NCBI GenBank assembly: GCA_045402695.1
Contig: JAWPNA010000094.1
Span: 1-43,242 of the forward strand
Direction: 5' to 3'
Length of the DNA: 43,242 nucleotides
From: Acidobacteriota bacterium
GTDB lineage: Bacteria > Acidobacteriota > Polarisedimenticolia > JACPZX01 > DASXTC01
Position numbers and translations under genes: made by a program. Under the pieces are notes generated by a model, which was not told the DNA's origin, did not search any database, and worked only from the letters and a program-made list of their open reading frames with translations. Positions 27,882 through 38,051 of this stretch are shown here, piece by piece. How positions within the stretch are numbered: the stretch's first letter is position 1; every line of letters starts with the position of its first letter.

Positions 27882-29116
27882 CGAGGATGACGGCCGCCAT
27901 CATTTTCGCCCTGAGCTACATGCTGATCGGCCTGCAGAGAGTGCCGCGGCTCCATCTGGGCCGTCCGGCCGGCGCGCTGCTGGGGGCCGTGGCGATGGTC
28001 GCATGCGGCGTGCTCGACTTCGAGGCGGCCAAGAGCGCCATCGACCTCGACACGATCTTCTTCCTTCTGGGGATGATGATCGTGCTCGGCTACCTGGAGC
28101 TGTCGGGTTTCTTCGAGGTGGTCGAACGGGGAGTGCTCGGCCTGGCCCGCAGCGCAAGGGGGCTGCTCTGGGTCGTGGTCCTATCCTCGGGGGTCTTGTC
28201 CGCCCTCTTCATGAACGACACGATCTGCCTGATGCTGACCCCCGTCATCGTGCGTGTCACACGACGCCTCGAGCTGCCGGTGACGCCCTACTTGATCGCT
28301 CTGGCCACCGCCGCCAACATCGGATCATCGGCCTCGATCATCGGCAATCCCCAGAATGCGCTGATTGCGGTGAGGTCTGGACTATCGCTCATCCCGTTCG
28401 TCCAGGGACTCTGGCTCGTGGCGCTTCTGGGGCTCGTCCTCGACGGCCTCCTGCTGAGCTTGCTCTATCGCCGTGAGATCACCGACGCGATGATGACGGT
28501 ACCGCCTCCCCGGCATCCCCCGACGATCCAGCGCTGGATGATGGCCGCCGGCATCGTTTCGGGAAGCGGCATGGTGATCGCTCTGGCGTTCGGCGCACAG
28601 CCGGCCGCGGCCGCCATGACGGCGGGCGCCGCGGTGATCCTGGCGGGTGCGACCCGGCCCAGGCGGGCGCTGCAGCAGGTGGACTGGAGCCTGCTCCTGT
28701 TCTTCGGCGGTCTCTTCGTCGTCATGCGCGGCGTGGAACAAGCCGGTCTGGCCGGCACCGCGGTCGCCGGCATCGCGGGCCCGCTGGATGGGGGCGGCGC
28801 CTTGGCTCTCGCCCGGCTGGGAGCGGCGGTGACGACCCTGTCTCAGGTGGTGAGCAACGTGCCCGCCGTGATGCTGTTCGTTCCCTCGATGCAGGCGCTG
28901 CCCGGGCAGATTTCCTCCACGCTATGGCTTGGACTGGCGGCGTTCTCGACCCTCGCGGGCAACCTGACGATCATCGGCTCGGTGGCCAACGTGATCGTTT
29001 TCGAGTCGGCCCGCCGCGAAGGGGTGGAGGTCGGATTCCGGGAGTACTTCCGCGCCGGCGCTCCGCTCACGCTGGGGACGCTGGTCATCGCCTGGGCCGT
29101 CCTGTCTTTCCGGTGA
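27878..29116 (+). CDS. ArsB/NhaD (SLC13-like) superfamily anion permease
   Basis: Polytopic protein with IDLDTIFFLLGMMI, NDTICLMLTPV, ATAANIGSSASIIGNPQN and GNLTIIGSVANVIV, typical of the citrate/arsenite-transporter-like fold. The start is GTG 27878 (GTGA overlap) or ATG 27887. Confidence 0.75.
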   Translation: MTRMTAAIIFALSYMLIGLQRVPRLHLGRPAGALLGAVAMVACGVLDFEAAKSAIDLDTIFFLLGMMIVLGYLELSGFFEVVERGVLGLARSARGLLWVVVLSSGVLSALFMNDTICLMLTPVIVRVTRRLELPVTPYLIALATAANIGSSASIIGNPQNALIAVRSGLSLIPFVQGLWLVALLGLVLDGLLLSLLYRREITDAMMTVPPPRHPPTIQRWMMAAGIVSGSGMVIALAFGAQPAAAAMTAGAAVILAGATRPRRALQQVDWSLLLFFGGLFVVMRGVEQAGLAGTAVAGIAGPLDGGGALALARLGAAVTTLSQVVSNVPAVMLFVPSMQALPGQISSTLWLGLAAFSTLAGNLTIIGSVANVIVFESARREGVEVGFREYFRAGAPLTLGTLVIAWAVLSFR

Positions 29117-29128
29117 AGGGGACACCGC

Positions 29129-30046
29129 GTGCCCGAGCTGCCCGACATCGTGGTGTACATCGAGGCGTTGGGCTCCCGCATCACGGGCCGGCGGATGGAG
29201 AAGATCCGCCTTCAGAGCCCGTTTCTCCTGCGCACCGTGGAGCCACACTTGTTGGAGGCCGAAGGGCTGACCGTCACCGCGCTGCGGAGGCTGGGCAAGT
29301 GCATCGTGATGGAGATGGAAGGCGGGCTGTTCCTCGTGCTGCACTTGATGATCGCGGGGCGGCTTCGCTGGAAGCCCGCCGGCGCGAAGATCCCGGGAAA
29401 GATCGGTCTCGCGGCCTTTGATTTCGCGACAGGGACACTGCTGGTCACGGAAGCAAGCCCCAAGAAACGGGCCTCCCTGCGTCTGGTGCGGGGCGAGCAG
29501 TCTCTGGTCGCGCTTCATCGCGGCGGTCTGGAGGTGCTCGAAGCGGACATGGGAGCCTTCCGCGAAGCCCTCACAAGGGAGAGTCACACTCTGAAGAGGG
29601 CCCTGACCGATCCCCGGCTTTTCAGCGGGATCGGAAATGCCTACTCCGACGAGATTCTCCATCGAGCGCGTCTCTCGCCCCAGCAACTCACGCGCCACCT
29701 CGCCGAGGACGAGATCGAGCGGCTCGAAAGGGCTGCGAGGGAGACGCTGCTGGAGTGGACGGACCGGCTCCGGCGCGAAGCCGGCGGCCGCTTTCCCGAG
29801 AAGGTGACCGCGTTCCGCCAGGGGATGGCGGTGCATGGCCGGGGCGGGCAGCCCTGCCCGGAGTGCGGCAGCAGAGTCCAACGGATTGTGTACGCAGAGA
29901 ACGAATGCAACTACTGCGCGCGCTGCCAGACTTCAGGCAGGCTGCTGGCCGACCGGGCTCTCTCGCGCCTGCTCAAGGACGACTGGCCCCGCACGATCGA
30001 GGAGCTCGAGGCCGGCGAGTCCTCCCGCAAGCGATTCCGGAAATGA
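29129..30046 (+). CDS. Fpg/Nei-family DNA glycosylase / AP lyase
   Basis: N-terminal (M)PELPD catalytic Pro/Glu, H2TH region (LTDPRLFSGIGNAYSDEILHRARLSP), and C-terminal zinc finger CPECG...CNYCARC. Confidence 0.85.
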   Translation: MPELPDIVVYIEALGSRITGRRMEKIRLQSPFLLRTVEPHLLEAEGLTVTALRRLGKCIVMEMEGGLFLVLHLMIAGRLRWKPAGAKIPGKIGLAAFDFATGTLLVTEASPKKRASLRLVRGEQSLVALHRGGLEVLEADMGAFREALTRESHTLKRALTDPRLFSGIGNAYSDEILHRARLSPQQLTRHLAEDEIERLERAARETLLEWTDRLRREAGGRFPEKVTAFRQGMAVHGRGGQPCPECGSRVQRIVYAENECNYCARCQTSGRLLADRALSRLLKDDWPRTIEELEAGESSRKRFRK

Positions 30047-30503
30047 AAGAGGGGATCCTCGCGGACCCCCTCGATATCCCGGAGCTACCTTCGTCTGCGG
30101 TGGAATGTTTGTTGTGAGGATCGCGCCATCAGCATCAACGCCGCCGATCCTGCGCCACGGACCCTCAACTGCGGGTTGAGGGCTGGGGTTGGGCAGCAGC
30201 CCCGGATCCCGAAAAAACCGAGGCGTGATGGCGGTGCCAGGAACTTCGACTCCGCCCACCTCCTGCGTCCTTCCCCGGCTGCCCCGCTGCCGCTGGAGAA
30301 GAACGCTTGGTGATGGTCGCCGCCGAGGAGCACGGCACTGGCCATCACGCCTAGCTCAAACTCGATGACACAGAGAGCAAGATCCAAGCCAAAGCCGAAG
30401 CGGCGGCGCCGCTTGAAAATACTTGTCCCTCAAGGCCTTTTCAGGCCACTCCCGCAGCGCCTCAGCGCCGTCCATAAAACCCAGAAGGTTCGTCCAGAAT
30501 TCA

Positions 30504-30532
30504 TTGACACTTGCCGTCGGGATATCTAGACT
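30504..30532 (+). promoter_or_regulatory. sigma-70-like promoter abutting the NtrC-type regulator start (leaderless candidate)
   Basis: TTGACA (30504-30509), 17 nt, TAGACT (30527-30532), then 10 nt to ATG 30543. No SD fits in between. Confidence 0.45.
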
Positions 30533-30542
30533 CGGATCCATC

Positions 30543-31973
30543 ATGACAGCGCCCCCGAAGTCGATTCTCATCGTGGACGATGACAAGGATCTCAGATCGA
30601 TCCTGGCCGATATCCTCGGCCAGGAAGCGTACCGCATCCTGGTTGCCGACTCGGGCGAGCAGGCGATCGAGAGGCTGGCCAAGGAGCCGGTGAACCTTGT
30701 CCTCACCGATCTGAAGATGCCCGGCATGGGCGGCCACAAGCTCTTCGAGGATTGCTCCAGCCGCTGGCCACAGCTCCCGGTGGTGATCCTGACGGCCCAC
30801 GGGACGGTGGACGAGGCTCTCACGATGATCCGCCAGGGCGCATACGACTACATCGCCAAGCCTTACAACACCCAGGATTTGCTGATGCGCATCAGCCGCG
30901 CCCTGGAGCGCGAGCAGCTCATGGTCGAGAACCTTCAGCTCCGAGAGCAGCTCGTCCGCAAGGAGAAGGAGTACGTGTTCGGCAAGGAGCCGGCAATGAC
31001 GCTGGTCATGGATCGGGTCGACGCGGTGGCAGCCACCGACTTCCCGGTCGTCCTGATGGGAGAGAGCGGCACCGGCAAGGAAGTGCTCGCCCGCGTGATT
31101 CATCAGCGCAGCTTACGCGCCTCCGGATCGTTCGTGCCGGTCAATTGCGGCGCGATCCCGCGCGAGCTGTTCGAGAGCGAGCTGTTCGGTCACGTCAAGG
31201 GTGCCTTCACCGGCGCCACCTCCGACCGCAAGGGCCTTTTCGAGGAAGCTTCCTCGGGCACGCTCTTTCTTGACGAGATCAGCGAAATCGCCCAGGAACA
31301 TCAGGTCAAGCTGCTGAGGGTGCTCCAGGAAGGCGAGGTCAAGCGCGTGGGAGAGAATCTGCAGCGCAAGGTCGAGGTGAGGCTCATCGCGGCCACAAAC
31401 AGGGACCTGCCGCTCATGGTGAAGGAAGGCAGGTTCCGCGAAGACCTCTACTACCGCGTCTGTGTCATGCCGATCGTGGTGCCGCCGCTGCGGGAGCGGA
31501 AGGGAGACATCCTTCCGCTGGCTCTCTACTTTCTGGAGCGGGAGCGAGCGCAGACCGGCAAGAAGGTCACGGGGTTCTCGCGCGCCGCGCTGGACAAGCT
31601 GCTCGGCTATGCGTGGCCGGGCAACATCCGGGAGCTCGAGAACAAAGTGAAGCAGTCATTGATCCTCGCTCCGGGTGAGCTGATCGAACAAGGCGATCTG
31701 CTGCTGGAGGACGGCCCGCCGAGGGAGGCCCTGAGGGAGTCGGGCTCCACCGTGACCCATGTGTCCCCGGAGGACGGCGTCCGTCCCGATCCGCAGTCGC
31801 TGAACGAGGCTCGCAAGCGGTTCGAGCGCGACTACCTGATCGGAGTGCTCCGCAAGAACCGGGGAAACGCCACGCTCGCAGCGCGTGACGCCGGCAAGCA
31901 CCGCAGCGAGTTCTACTATCTGCTCAAGAAGCACGGCATCTCACCGTCCGAGTTCAGGGAAGAGCCGGCGTGA
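30543..31973 (+). CDS. Sigma-54-dependent Fis-family response regulator (NtrC type)
   Basis: Receiver ILIVDDD...[13 protein letters not shown], Walker [16 protein letters not shown]-terminal HTH. ATG 30543 ([11 protein letters not shown]) is preferred over the ORF start at 30423. Confidence 0.9.
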   Translation: MTAPPKSILIVDDDKDLRSILADILGQEAYRILVADSGEQAIERLAKEPVNLVLTDLKMPGMGGHKLFEDCSSRWPQLPVVILTAHGTVDEALTMIRQGAYDYIAKPYNTQDLLMRISRALEREQLMVENLQLREQLVRKEKEYVFGKEPAMTLVMDRVDAVAATDFPVVLMGESGTGKEVLARVIHQRSLRASGSFVPVNCGAIPRELFESELFGHVKGAFTGATSDRKGLFEEASSGTLFLDEISEIAQEHQVKLLRVLQEGEVKRVGENLQRKVEVRLIAATNRDLPLMVKEGRFREDLYYRVCVMPIVVPPLRERKGDILPLALYFLERERAQTGKKVTGFSRAALDKLLGYAWPGNIRELENKVKQSLILAPGELIEQGDLLLEDGPPREALRESGSTVTHVSPEDGVRPDPQSLNEARKRFERDYLIGVLRKNRGNATLAARDAGKHRSEFYYLLKKHGISPSEFREEPA

Positions 31974-32567
31974 TCATGGTTTCTTCTCGAGGAGAACTTC
32001 CTTGATGCGCTTCAACTCTTGTTCTTTCTCCTCGAGCCGCACCTGAAGCGCCTGCAATTGGGTTCTGGATGCCTCTATCTCGCCCCGCGCCTGGGCCAGT
32101 TCCTCGATCGCCTGTTTCAACTCGGCCAGGATCTGTCTGATGGTCCGGGCCTCGCGTGACCTCGGATGACCCGGCGAATCGCGCAGCAGGTCCTCGATCG
32201 ATTTGAGGGATTGGTCGGTATTTCGCGAGGGAGAATTCGGATCCAGGTAGGCAAGCGCGAGGCGGTATCGCGCGTCCGCCAGGGCCGACGGGTCGGCGCC
32301 GGACGACACGATTCTCTCGTAGGTCTCGACGGCCGTCTGATAGTCTCCGCCCCTCTCCGCGTCGTCAGCGGCGCGCATCTCCTGATCGAACCGGCCGGGC
32401 GGGGGCGGAACAGGCGCCGGAGGCGCGGTCTCCACGACTGGAGCCGGCGCGGGAGGCAGCGTGCCCGCGACTGGACGGGAGCCCGGGCGGTGGCAGGCCG
32501 GCCCCAGCGCCGCCAGAAGCAGCACGGCTGCTACGGAACTCAGCGTCAAACGACGGTCGATCGGCAT
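31974..32567 (-). CDS. Putative lipoprotein with TPR-like segment and C-terminal coiled coil
   Basis: MPIDRRLTLSSVAAVLLLAALGPAC (signal plus Cys), a Pro-rich linker, YQTAVETYERIV...ARYRLALAYL, then a heptad-like LKQAIEELAQARGEIEASRTQLQALQVRLEEKEQELKRIKE. This is the in-frame 3' part of ORF 31974..33050. Confidence 0.6.
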   Translation of the reverse strand: MPIDRRLTLSSVAAVLLLAALGPACHRPGSRPVAGTLPPAPAPVVETAPPAPVPPPPGRFDQEMRAADDAERGGDYQTAVETYERIVSSGADPSALADARYRLALAYLDPNSPSRNTDQSLKSIEDLLRDSPGHPRSREARTIRQILAELKQAIEELAQARGEIEASRTQLQALQVRLEEKEQELKRIKEVLLEKKP

Positions 32568-32583
32568 TAAGGTCTCCTCGGCC

Positions 32584-34044
32584 TCAGGCGGCTTTCCCAT
32601 CCGGGTCGGGTCTATCGGCTCGGACGGTCCCCGTGGCGGGAATGCGAAAGACGAACCGGCTCCCGCGCTCCTCCCCTCGCTCCACCCAGATCCTCCCGCC
32701 GTGCCTCTCGACGATTCCGCGCGAGATAGCCAGTCCCAGCCCGGCACCCTCGTTGCCCCGGCCGTCATTCGACTCGCTGCCCCGGAAGTACTTCTCGAAG
32801 ATGAAGGGCAGATCCTCCTGCGCGATGCCGGGCCCCGTGTCCGAAACCGCCACCCGCAGCCATTCGCTGTCTGCGTCCGCCTCGAAGCGGACCTCGCCCC
32901 CGGGTTCCGTGAACTTGAAGGCGTTACCCAGTAGATTGTACACGACCTCGCCCAGCCGGTCCGGATCGGCCTGGATCCGGACCGGCAGCTCCTGGGCAAT
33001 GCGGATGACGTAACGGATCCCTCTCTTTTCGGCCACTCCTTCGAATCCACGCGCCGACGTGGCGAGAAAAGCCTGCGCCGGAAGCGACCGGAGGTTCATG
33101 GTGACCCTGCCCGCCCTCAGCCTCGAGAGGTCCAGAAGCTGCGAGACGAAGCGGGTCATCTGGTCCACCTGCTCCTCGATCTGGGCCAGCGTGGCGCGCT
33201 GCGGTTCGATCAGCGGACCGCGCGACCCTGATCTCAGCAGCGACGCGAATCCCTTGATGCACGCCAGCGGAGTCTTCAGCTCGTGAGAAGCGGTCGCCAC
33301 GAACTCCGCCTTCATCCGGTCGAGCTCGCTGAGGCTGGAGGCCATCCGGTTGAAGGCGCGCGACAACGTTCCCAGCTCGTCCTGTGCCAGAATCGGTATC
33401 GGCTCCTCAAACCTACCCTCCGCCACCCTTTCCGTGCCCGCCACAAGCTCGCGCAGCGGGCGCACCAGGCTCAGCAGGATCGCGAGCCAGACCACCAGCG
33501 AGGCGAGAAGGCCGGCCCCCAGCGCGTACAGCGTGCGGTTGGCCGCTGAGTTGCCGAGCTTGTTCACCCGGTCGATGTGATCCCTGACCCGATCGCTGTA
33601 GTACTGCTCCAGTTTGTCGAGGCGCTCTTGCGCCTCCTTGCTCGCCGTGTTGAATTCGTCGAGATTCCCGTCGTATCGCGCCCTCGTCTCGTATAGCCGC
33701 GCCATGGCGCGGCGAAACTCCTGGTGGATCCGTCTCGGCCCCTCGGGCTCGTTCTCGATCAACTCGTTCAGAACGCGGTCCAGCTCCGTATGGAACGCGT
33801 GGTACTGCTCCAACAGTTCCGGGCCACTGATGACGGCCGACAACTTACCTCGATCGATGACGTCTCGCAGGAGGCGATCAAGCCTTCGAGTGACCAGCGT
33901 GCCCGGAAAGTCGTGCTGCTTGAGCTGGTCGGTGCGGAGGTTTATCTGATGGATGGAGACGAAGGAGTAGCCGGCCAGTGCCAGCAGCACGACGAGGACC
34001 GCCAGAGCCGGGAGGATGACTTTGTGGCGGATGCGCAGCGTCAT
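32584..34044 (-). CDS. Membrane sensor histidine kinase (TM-sensor-TM-HAMP-HisKA-HATPase)
   Basis: N-terminal TM helix, second TM helix plus HAMP (LVRPLRELVAGTERVAEGRFEEPIP...LSRAFNRM), H-box ATASHELKTPLACIKGF, G-boxes DTGPGI and GAGLGLAI. The start is ATG 34044 (or TTG 34050). Confidence 0.9.
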   Translation of the reverse strand: MTLRIRHKVILPALAVLVVLLALAGYSFVSIHQINLRTDQLKQHDFPGTLVTRRLDRLLRDVIDRGKLSAVISGPELLEQYHAFHTELDRVLNELIENEPEGPRRIHQEFRRAMARLYETRARYDGNLDEFNTASKEAQERLDKLEQYYSDRVRDHIDRVNKLGNSAANRTLYALGAGLLASLVVWLAILLSLVRPLRELVAGTERVAEGRFEEPIPILAQDELGTLSRAFNRMASSLSELDRMKAEFVATASHELKTPLACIKGFASLLRSGSRGPLIEPQRATLAQIEEQVDQMTRFVSQLLDLSRLRAGRVTMNLRSLPAQAFLATSARGFEGVAEKRGIRYVIRIAQELPVRIQADPDRLGEVVYNLLGNAFKFTEPGGEVRFEADADSEWLRVAVSDTGPGIAQEDLPFIFEKYFRGSESNDGRGNEGAGLGLAISRGIVERHGGRIWVERGEERGSRFVFRIPATGTVRADRPDPDGKAA

Positions 34045-34096
34045 GAGCAAGACCGAACCGGCGGCTTAGTGTGATTCTCGGTGTGGGCCGCGACCC

Positions 34097-35137
34097 TCAA
34101 GAGTGACCGGAGACCGCGAGCGCTTGCAGGGCCGTGATGGCCACGACGTTTTCGATGTCCTCGGCCCCGCACCCGCGCGACAGGTCGTTCGCTGGGCGCG
34201 CGAGCCCCTGAGTCACCGGGCCAAGGGCCATGGCGCCCGCCAGCCGTTCCACCAGCTTGTAGCCGATGTTGCCCGCGCCCAGGTCGGGAAAGATCAGCAC
34301 GTTGGCGCGCCCGGCCACGGGGCTTCCCGGTGCTTTCCTCGCGGTCACCTCGGGCACGAGCGCCGCGTCCAACTGGAGTTCGCCGTCCACGATCAGCTCG
34401 GGCCGGCGCGCCCGCACCATCTCGGTGGCCCTGGCCATCTTCTCGGCCGCCGGGTGCTTCGCGCTGCCGTGAGTCGAGAACGACAGAAGCGCCACTCGCG
34501 GCTCGCAATCCATCAGCAGTCTCGCGCTGTCAGCCGACTGGATGGCGATCTGCGCGAGCTCGTCGGCCCCGGGATCAGGCACGAAGCCGCAGTCGGCGAA
34601 GAGAAGCGCTCCGGACTGTCCCATGTCCCGGCGCTGCGTCAGCATGAGAAAGAAGGACGAGACGGTGCGCACACCAGGGGCCGGCCCGATGCCGCGCAGG
34701 GCCGCGCTCAGAGTCCTCGATGTGGTGTGCGCGGCGCCGGCGACGCTGCCGTGGGCGATTCCCGACGCGACCATCAGCGCCCCGAACAGCAGCGGGTCGA
34801 GGACATCGCGCGCAGCCTCCTGTCGCGTCACACCCTTCGCCCGGACGCGCTCATGATAGACGTCCGCGAACCGCTCCGCCCGATCCGAAGTCCGGGGGTC
34901 CTCGAAACGGCACGCCGCCACATCGAGGCCCAGCCGTTGGGCCCGCGCCCGGATGGCGTCCGGATCACCCAGCAGGATGATCTTCGCGAACCCTTTGCGC
35001 GAGACCGCCGCGGCCGCTCGGAGCACGCGATCGTCATCCGACTCCGGCAGTACGATCGTGCGTGGGTCGGCGCCCGCCCGCTCGATGATGCGGGTGATGA
35101 TGGGCGGCGCATCGCCGCCGGGAGCCATGCCGCTCAT
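34097..35137 (-). CDS. pta: Phosphate acetyltransferase (short form)
   Basis: [62 protein letters not shown] 35137 overlaps the upstream TGA (ATGA). The longer ORF to 35923 is rejected. Confidence 0.88.
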   Translation of the reverse strand: MSGMAPGGDAPPIITRIIERAGADPRTIVLPESDDDRVLRAAAAVSRKGFAKIILLGDPDAIRARAQRLGLDVAACRFEDPRTSDRAERFADVYHERVRAKGVTRQEAARDVLDPLLFGALMVASGIAHGSVAGAAHTTSRTLSAALRGIGPAPGVRTVSSFFLMLTQRRDMGQSGALLFADCGFVPDPGADELAQIAIQSADSARLLMDCEPRVALLSFSTHGSAKHPAAEKMARATEMVRARRPELIVDGELQLDAALVPEVTARKAPGSPVAGRANVLIFPDLGAGNIGYKLVERLAGAMALGPVTQGLARPANDLSRGCGAEDIENVVAITALQALAVSGHS

Positions 35138-36522
35138 CCCGCGGAGTCCCTCCTTGGCGACGCCCACTGTACCATACGGGGCCATAGAGCCCGGCGCGCC
35201 GTCGGGCCGGTGAGCAGAAGCGCGTAGAAGGGTACGTACTGGAGCCATCGAGCCCAGGCGGCATCGGTATAGGAGAACCCAACCAGGCCCGCAAGCGCGA
35301 GCCAGGCCGGAGACGGGTAAAGCGCCAGCCATGGTAGGATCCACAACAGGTACCATGGATGAAGGGACGGCTGCAGCAACATTGCCAGGCCGGTGAACAG
35401 GAAGATCGATCGCTCGAGCCGCATCCCCCTCCGCTGCTGCAGCCACGCCAACAGGCACAGGGCCGCCAGCGCGATGACGGCCACCAGCAACCTCGCGATC
35501 ATGTGGGGCTGCGTGTAGAGGCTGGGCAGTCCGTGCGCGTCGGCCCACTCCTTCGCCGCGGGGGAGATCCCTCCAGCCTGAACCGCCGCCTCGATCAGCC
35601 GGAACAGGGAGTCGTTGGATCGCCATCGCTCTGCATACTCCTTCACCGAGCGGAGGAGATTGCCCCCCGCCGAGGCGTAGGGCAGATAGCAGGCTGCCAT
35701 CAGCATGGGTGGAAGCACCAACAGCCACGGCTTCACGCGCTTCGCGAAGAGAGGCAGAAGCGTGATCGGAAAGAGCTTGGAGAGGGCGGCCGCCGCGAGC
35801 GCCGTCATTGACAGCATGCGGCGTTGCCATATAATGCCCAGCGTCGATGCCACGAGGAAGCAGACTGCGAGGGGGTCGTTGTGTCCGCTGCCCGCTACCT
35901 CGATCACCGCGAGCGGGTTCCACGCGTAGATCAAGATCCTGCTTTCCTCAAGCCCACGGGCGGCAAGCAGCCGCCTCAGCAGAATGATCACTCCGATGTC
36001 CGCCGCGATGAAGGGTGCCTTCATCCCCATCGGGGAGCGGGACAGGGCCGCCCCCAGAGCGAAGACCCATTGCATGAGCGGGGGGTAGATCGCCGGAAGG
36101 TCCTTGTAGTTCACTCCCTCGTAGATGCGATCCCTGTAAGGTTCGAGGGCAGGATCCGCGGGAGCGTATCTGTAGGGGTTAATTCGTTCGAGTTGCAGTC
36201 CCCCTTCCCAGATGTATCTGTAGATGTCGTCCGAGAGCGTGGGCGTGGCGGGCCAGAGGATCAGGCGGAACGCCAGCGCGGCCCAGATGATGGCGGCAGG
36301 CGCGCGCACCGGCGCGCCACTCCCTGCCGCGCCGCTCGCCTGCCCTCCGGTGCCGCTCCCCATGACTCGGCGGACTGCCACGAGATAGACGGCATGGAGG
36401 GAGAGATTGACGCACAGGAAGAGCCCGGCGCGCGCCTTCAGATCTCCAGCAAGCGCCAGCGCCAGGTAGCCGCCGCAGGAGAGCAGCACGGGCGCGGTCA
36501 GGAGGCGGCCTCGATATGACAT
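35134..36522 (-). CDS. GT-C-fold integral membrane glycosyltransferase (DUF2029 / GT87-like)
   Basis: About 10 TM helices. The first periplasmic loop, [29 protein letters not shown], matches the DxxxYxxxG..NPY signature of DUF2029-type mannosyltransferase-like proteins. Confidence 0.7.
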   Translation of the reverse strand: MSYRGRLLTAPVLLSCGGYLALALAGDLKARAGLFLCVNLSLHAVYLVAVRRVMGSGTGGQASGAAGSGAPVRAPAAIIWAALAFRLILWPATPTLSDDIYRYIWEGGLQLERINPYRYAPADPALEPYRDRIYEGVNYKDLPAIYPPLMQWVFALGAALSRSPMGMKAPFIAADIGVIILLRRLLAARGLEESRILIYAWNPLAVIEVAGSGHNDPLAVCFLVASTLGIIWQRRMLSMTALAAAALSKLFPITLLPLFAKRVKPWLLVLPPMLMAACYLPYASAGGNLLRSVKEYAERWRSNDSLFRLIEAAVQAGGISPAAKEWADAHGLPSLYTQPHMIARLLVAVIALAALCLLAWLQQRRGMRLERSIFLFTGLAMLLQPSLHPWYLLWILPWLALYPSPAWLALAGLVGFSYTDAAWARWLQYVPFYALLLTGPTARRALWPRMVQWASPRRDSAG

Positions 36523-38051
36523 CAGCCCAGATCGCGATCCAGACGGCCTACTTCACCGTCCTCTCGTTGCTGGCCCTTTATGGGCTGCACCGGTTCTCCC
36601 TCGTCTGGATCTACTGGCGGCGCGGCGCGGGACGCTCGTGTGACGCCATCGCGCCAGCATCGGCTCGACCCGGCGGGATGCCCGATGTCTGGCCGATCGT
36701 GACCGTCCAGCTTCCGATCTACAACGAATGCTACGTAATGGATCGTCTGCTGGCGGCCGCCTGCGCCTTGAGATACCCCGCCGGCGCCCTCGAGATTCAG
36801 GTGCTGGACGACTCCGACGACGAGACAGCTCGGCTTGCCGCCGAGCTGATCGCATCGTATCGCGCGAGGGGCCACGACATCCACCACATCCGCCGCGTCC
36901 ACCGCAAAGGCTACAAGGCCGGAGCCCTCGAAGGCGGGCTGCGCCGGGCTCGCGGAAGCCTCATCGCGGTGTTCGACGCCGACTTCATCCCCACGGTGGA
37001 TTTCCTGGAGCGCACGGTGCCCTTCTTTCGCGATCAGCGCGTGGGAATGGTGCAGGCCCGCTGGGGCCACACCAACCGGGATTGCTCTCTTCTCACGCGC
37101 GCGCAGGCTCTGCTGCTGGACGGACATTTCGTTGTGGAGCACGGCGCGCGCCACGTGTCGGGAAGATTTCTGAACTTCAATGGAACGGCGGGGATTTTCC
37201 GGCGCCAGTGCATCGAGGACGCCGGTGGCTGGCAGGACGACACGCTCACGGAGGATCTGGATCTGTCGTACCGTGCTCAGCTCGCGGGCTGGCGCTTCGT
37301 TTATCTGCACGACCTTATTGTGCCTGCCGAACTGCCCGTGGAGCTCAACGCGCTGAAGTCTCAGCAACGCCGGTGGGCGAAGGGCTCGATCCAGACCGCC
37401 ATCAAGCTCCTGCCACGGGTGATGGCATCGCCTCTGCGCGGGCCGGTGAAGCTGGAGGCGGCGGCGCATCTGACCAACAACGCGGCCTACCTCTTGCTGG
37501 TCCTGCTGGCGGTGCTGATCGTGCCGGCGCTGGCCGGCCGATCGGCCCACCCTATCAGCTACTTGCTTGCCGATCTGCCGCTGTTCTTCGTGGGCACTGG
37601 GTCTTTCACGCTCTTCTGCGCGGCGGCACAGCGGGGCACGCGTCCCGACTGGCTCCGCGCGCTGCTGGATCTCCCTGCACTGATGGCCATCGGGATTGGC
37701 CTCTCGCTCAACAATGGTCTGGCCGTGCTGGAAGCGCTCTGGGGAAGTGAGTCGGAGTTTTGCCGGACTCCCAAGTTCGGGATCGAGTCGCCATCTGGCG
37801 CGGGCGGACAGGACTGGCGCCGTCTGGCCTATCGCGGGCCGCGCTCGCCCCTTGTGATCCTCGAGGTCGGATTCGCGCTCTACTTCGCGGCGGCCATCAC
37901 GATCTGGGTGGCCCAGGGCCGATACTTCGCCCTGCCCTTCCTGCTGCTGTTCGAGAGCGGGTTTCTCTACGTCGCGTGCGTGGCCGTGGCTCAGGAGATC
38001 GGCCGGTTCAGGGCATTCTCATCTGCGCCAGCGGAAGCGCCCGCACCCTGA
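36516..38051 (+). CDS. Family-2 processive glycosyltransferase (CslA / glucosyl-diacylglycerol-synthase-like), membrane bound
   Basis: VTVQLPIYNE, LDDSDD, FDADF, TEDLDLS and QQRRWAKG (D,D,D,QxxRW), with N- and C-terminal TM helices. Confidence 0.85.
   Translation: MTSAQIAIQTAYFTVLSLLALYGLHRFSLVWIYWRRGAGRSCDAIAPASARPGGMPDVWPIVTVQLPIYNECYVMDRLLAAACALRYPAGALEIQVLDDSDDETARLAAELIASYRARGHDIHHIRRVHRKGYKAGALEGGLRRARGSLIAVFDADFIPTVDFLERTVPFFRDQRVGMVQARWGHTNRDCSLLTRAQALLLDGHFVVEHGARHVSGRFLNFNGTAGIFRRQCIEDAGGWQDDTLTEDLDLSYRAQLAGWRFVYLHDLIVPAELPVELNALKSQQRRWAKGSIQTAIKLLPRVMASPLRGPVKLEAAAHLTNNAAYLLLVLLAVLIVPALAGRSAHPISYLLADLPLFFVGTGSFTLFCAAAQRGTRPDWLRALLDLPALMAIGIGLSLNNGLAVLEALWGSESEFCRTPKFGIESPSGAGGQDWRRLAYRGPRSPLVILEVGFALYFAAAITIWVAQGRYFALPFLLLFESGFLYVACVAVAQEIGRFRAFSSAPAEAPAP

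Noticed and set aside
30043-30117. 24-codon ORF MKEGILADPLDIPELPSSAVECLL overlapping the fpg-like stop (ATGA) and ending in TGA followed by a GGATCG...CGATCC hairpin; considered as a possible Sec-containing small gene
   Set aside because: The hairpin has a 21-nt loop and starts immediately after the TGA, unlike bacterial SECIS geometry. The read-through product is Arg-rich nonsense, and nothing suggests conservation.
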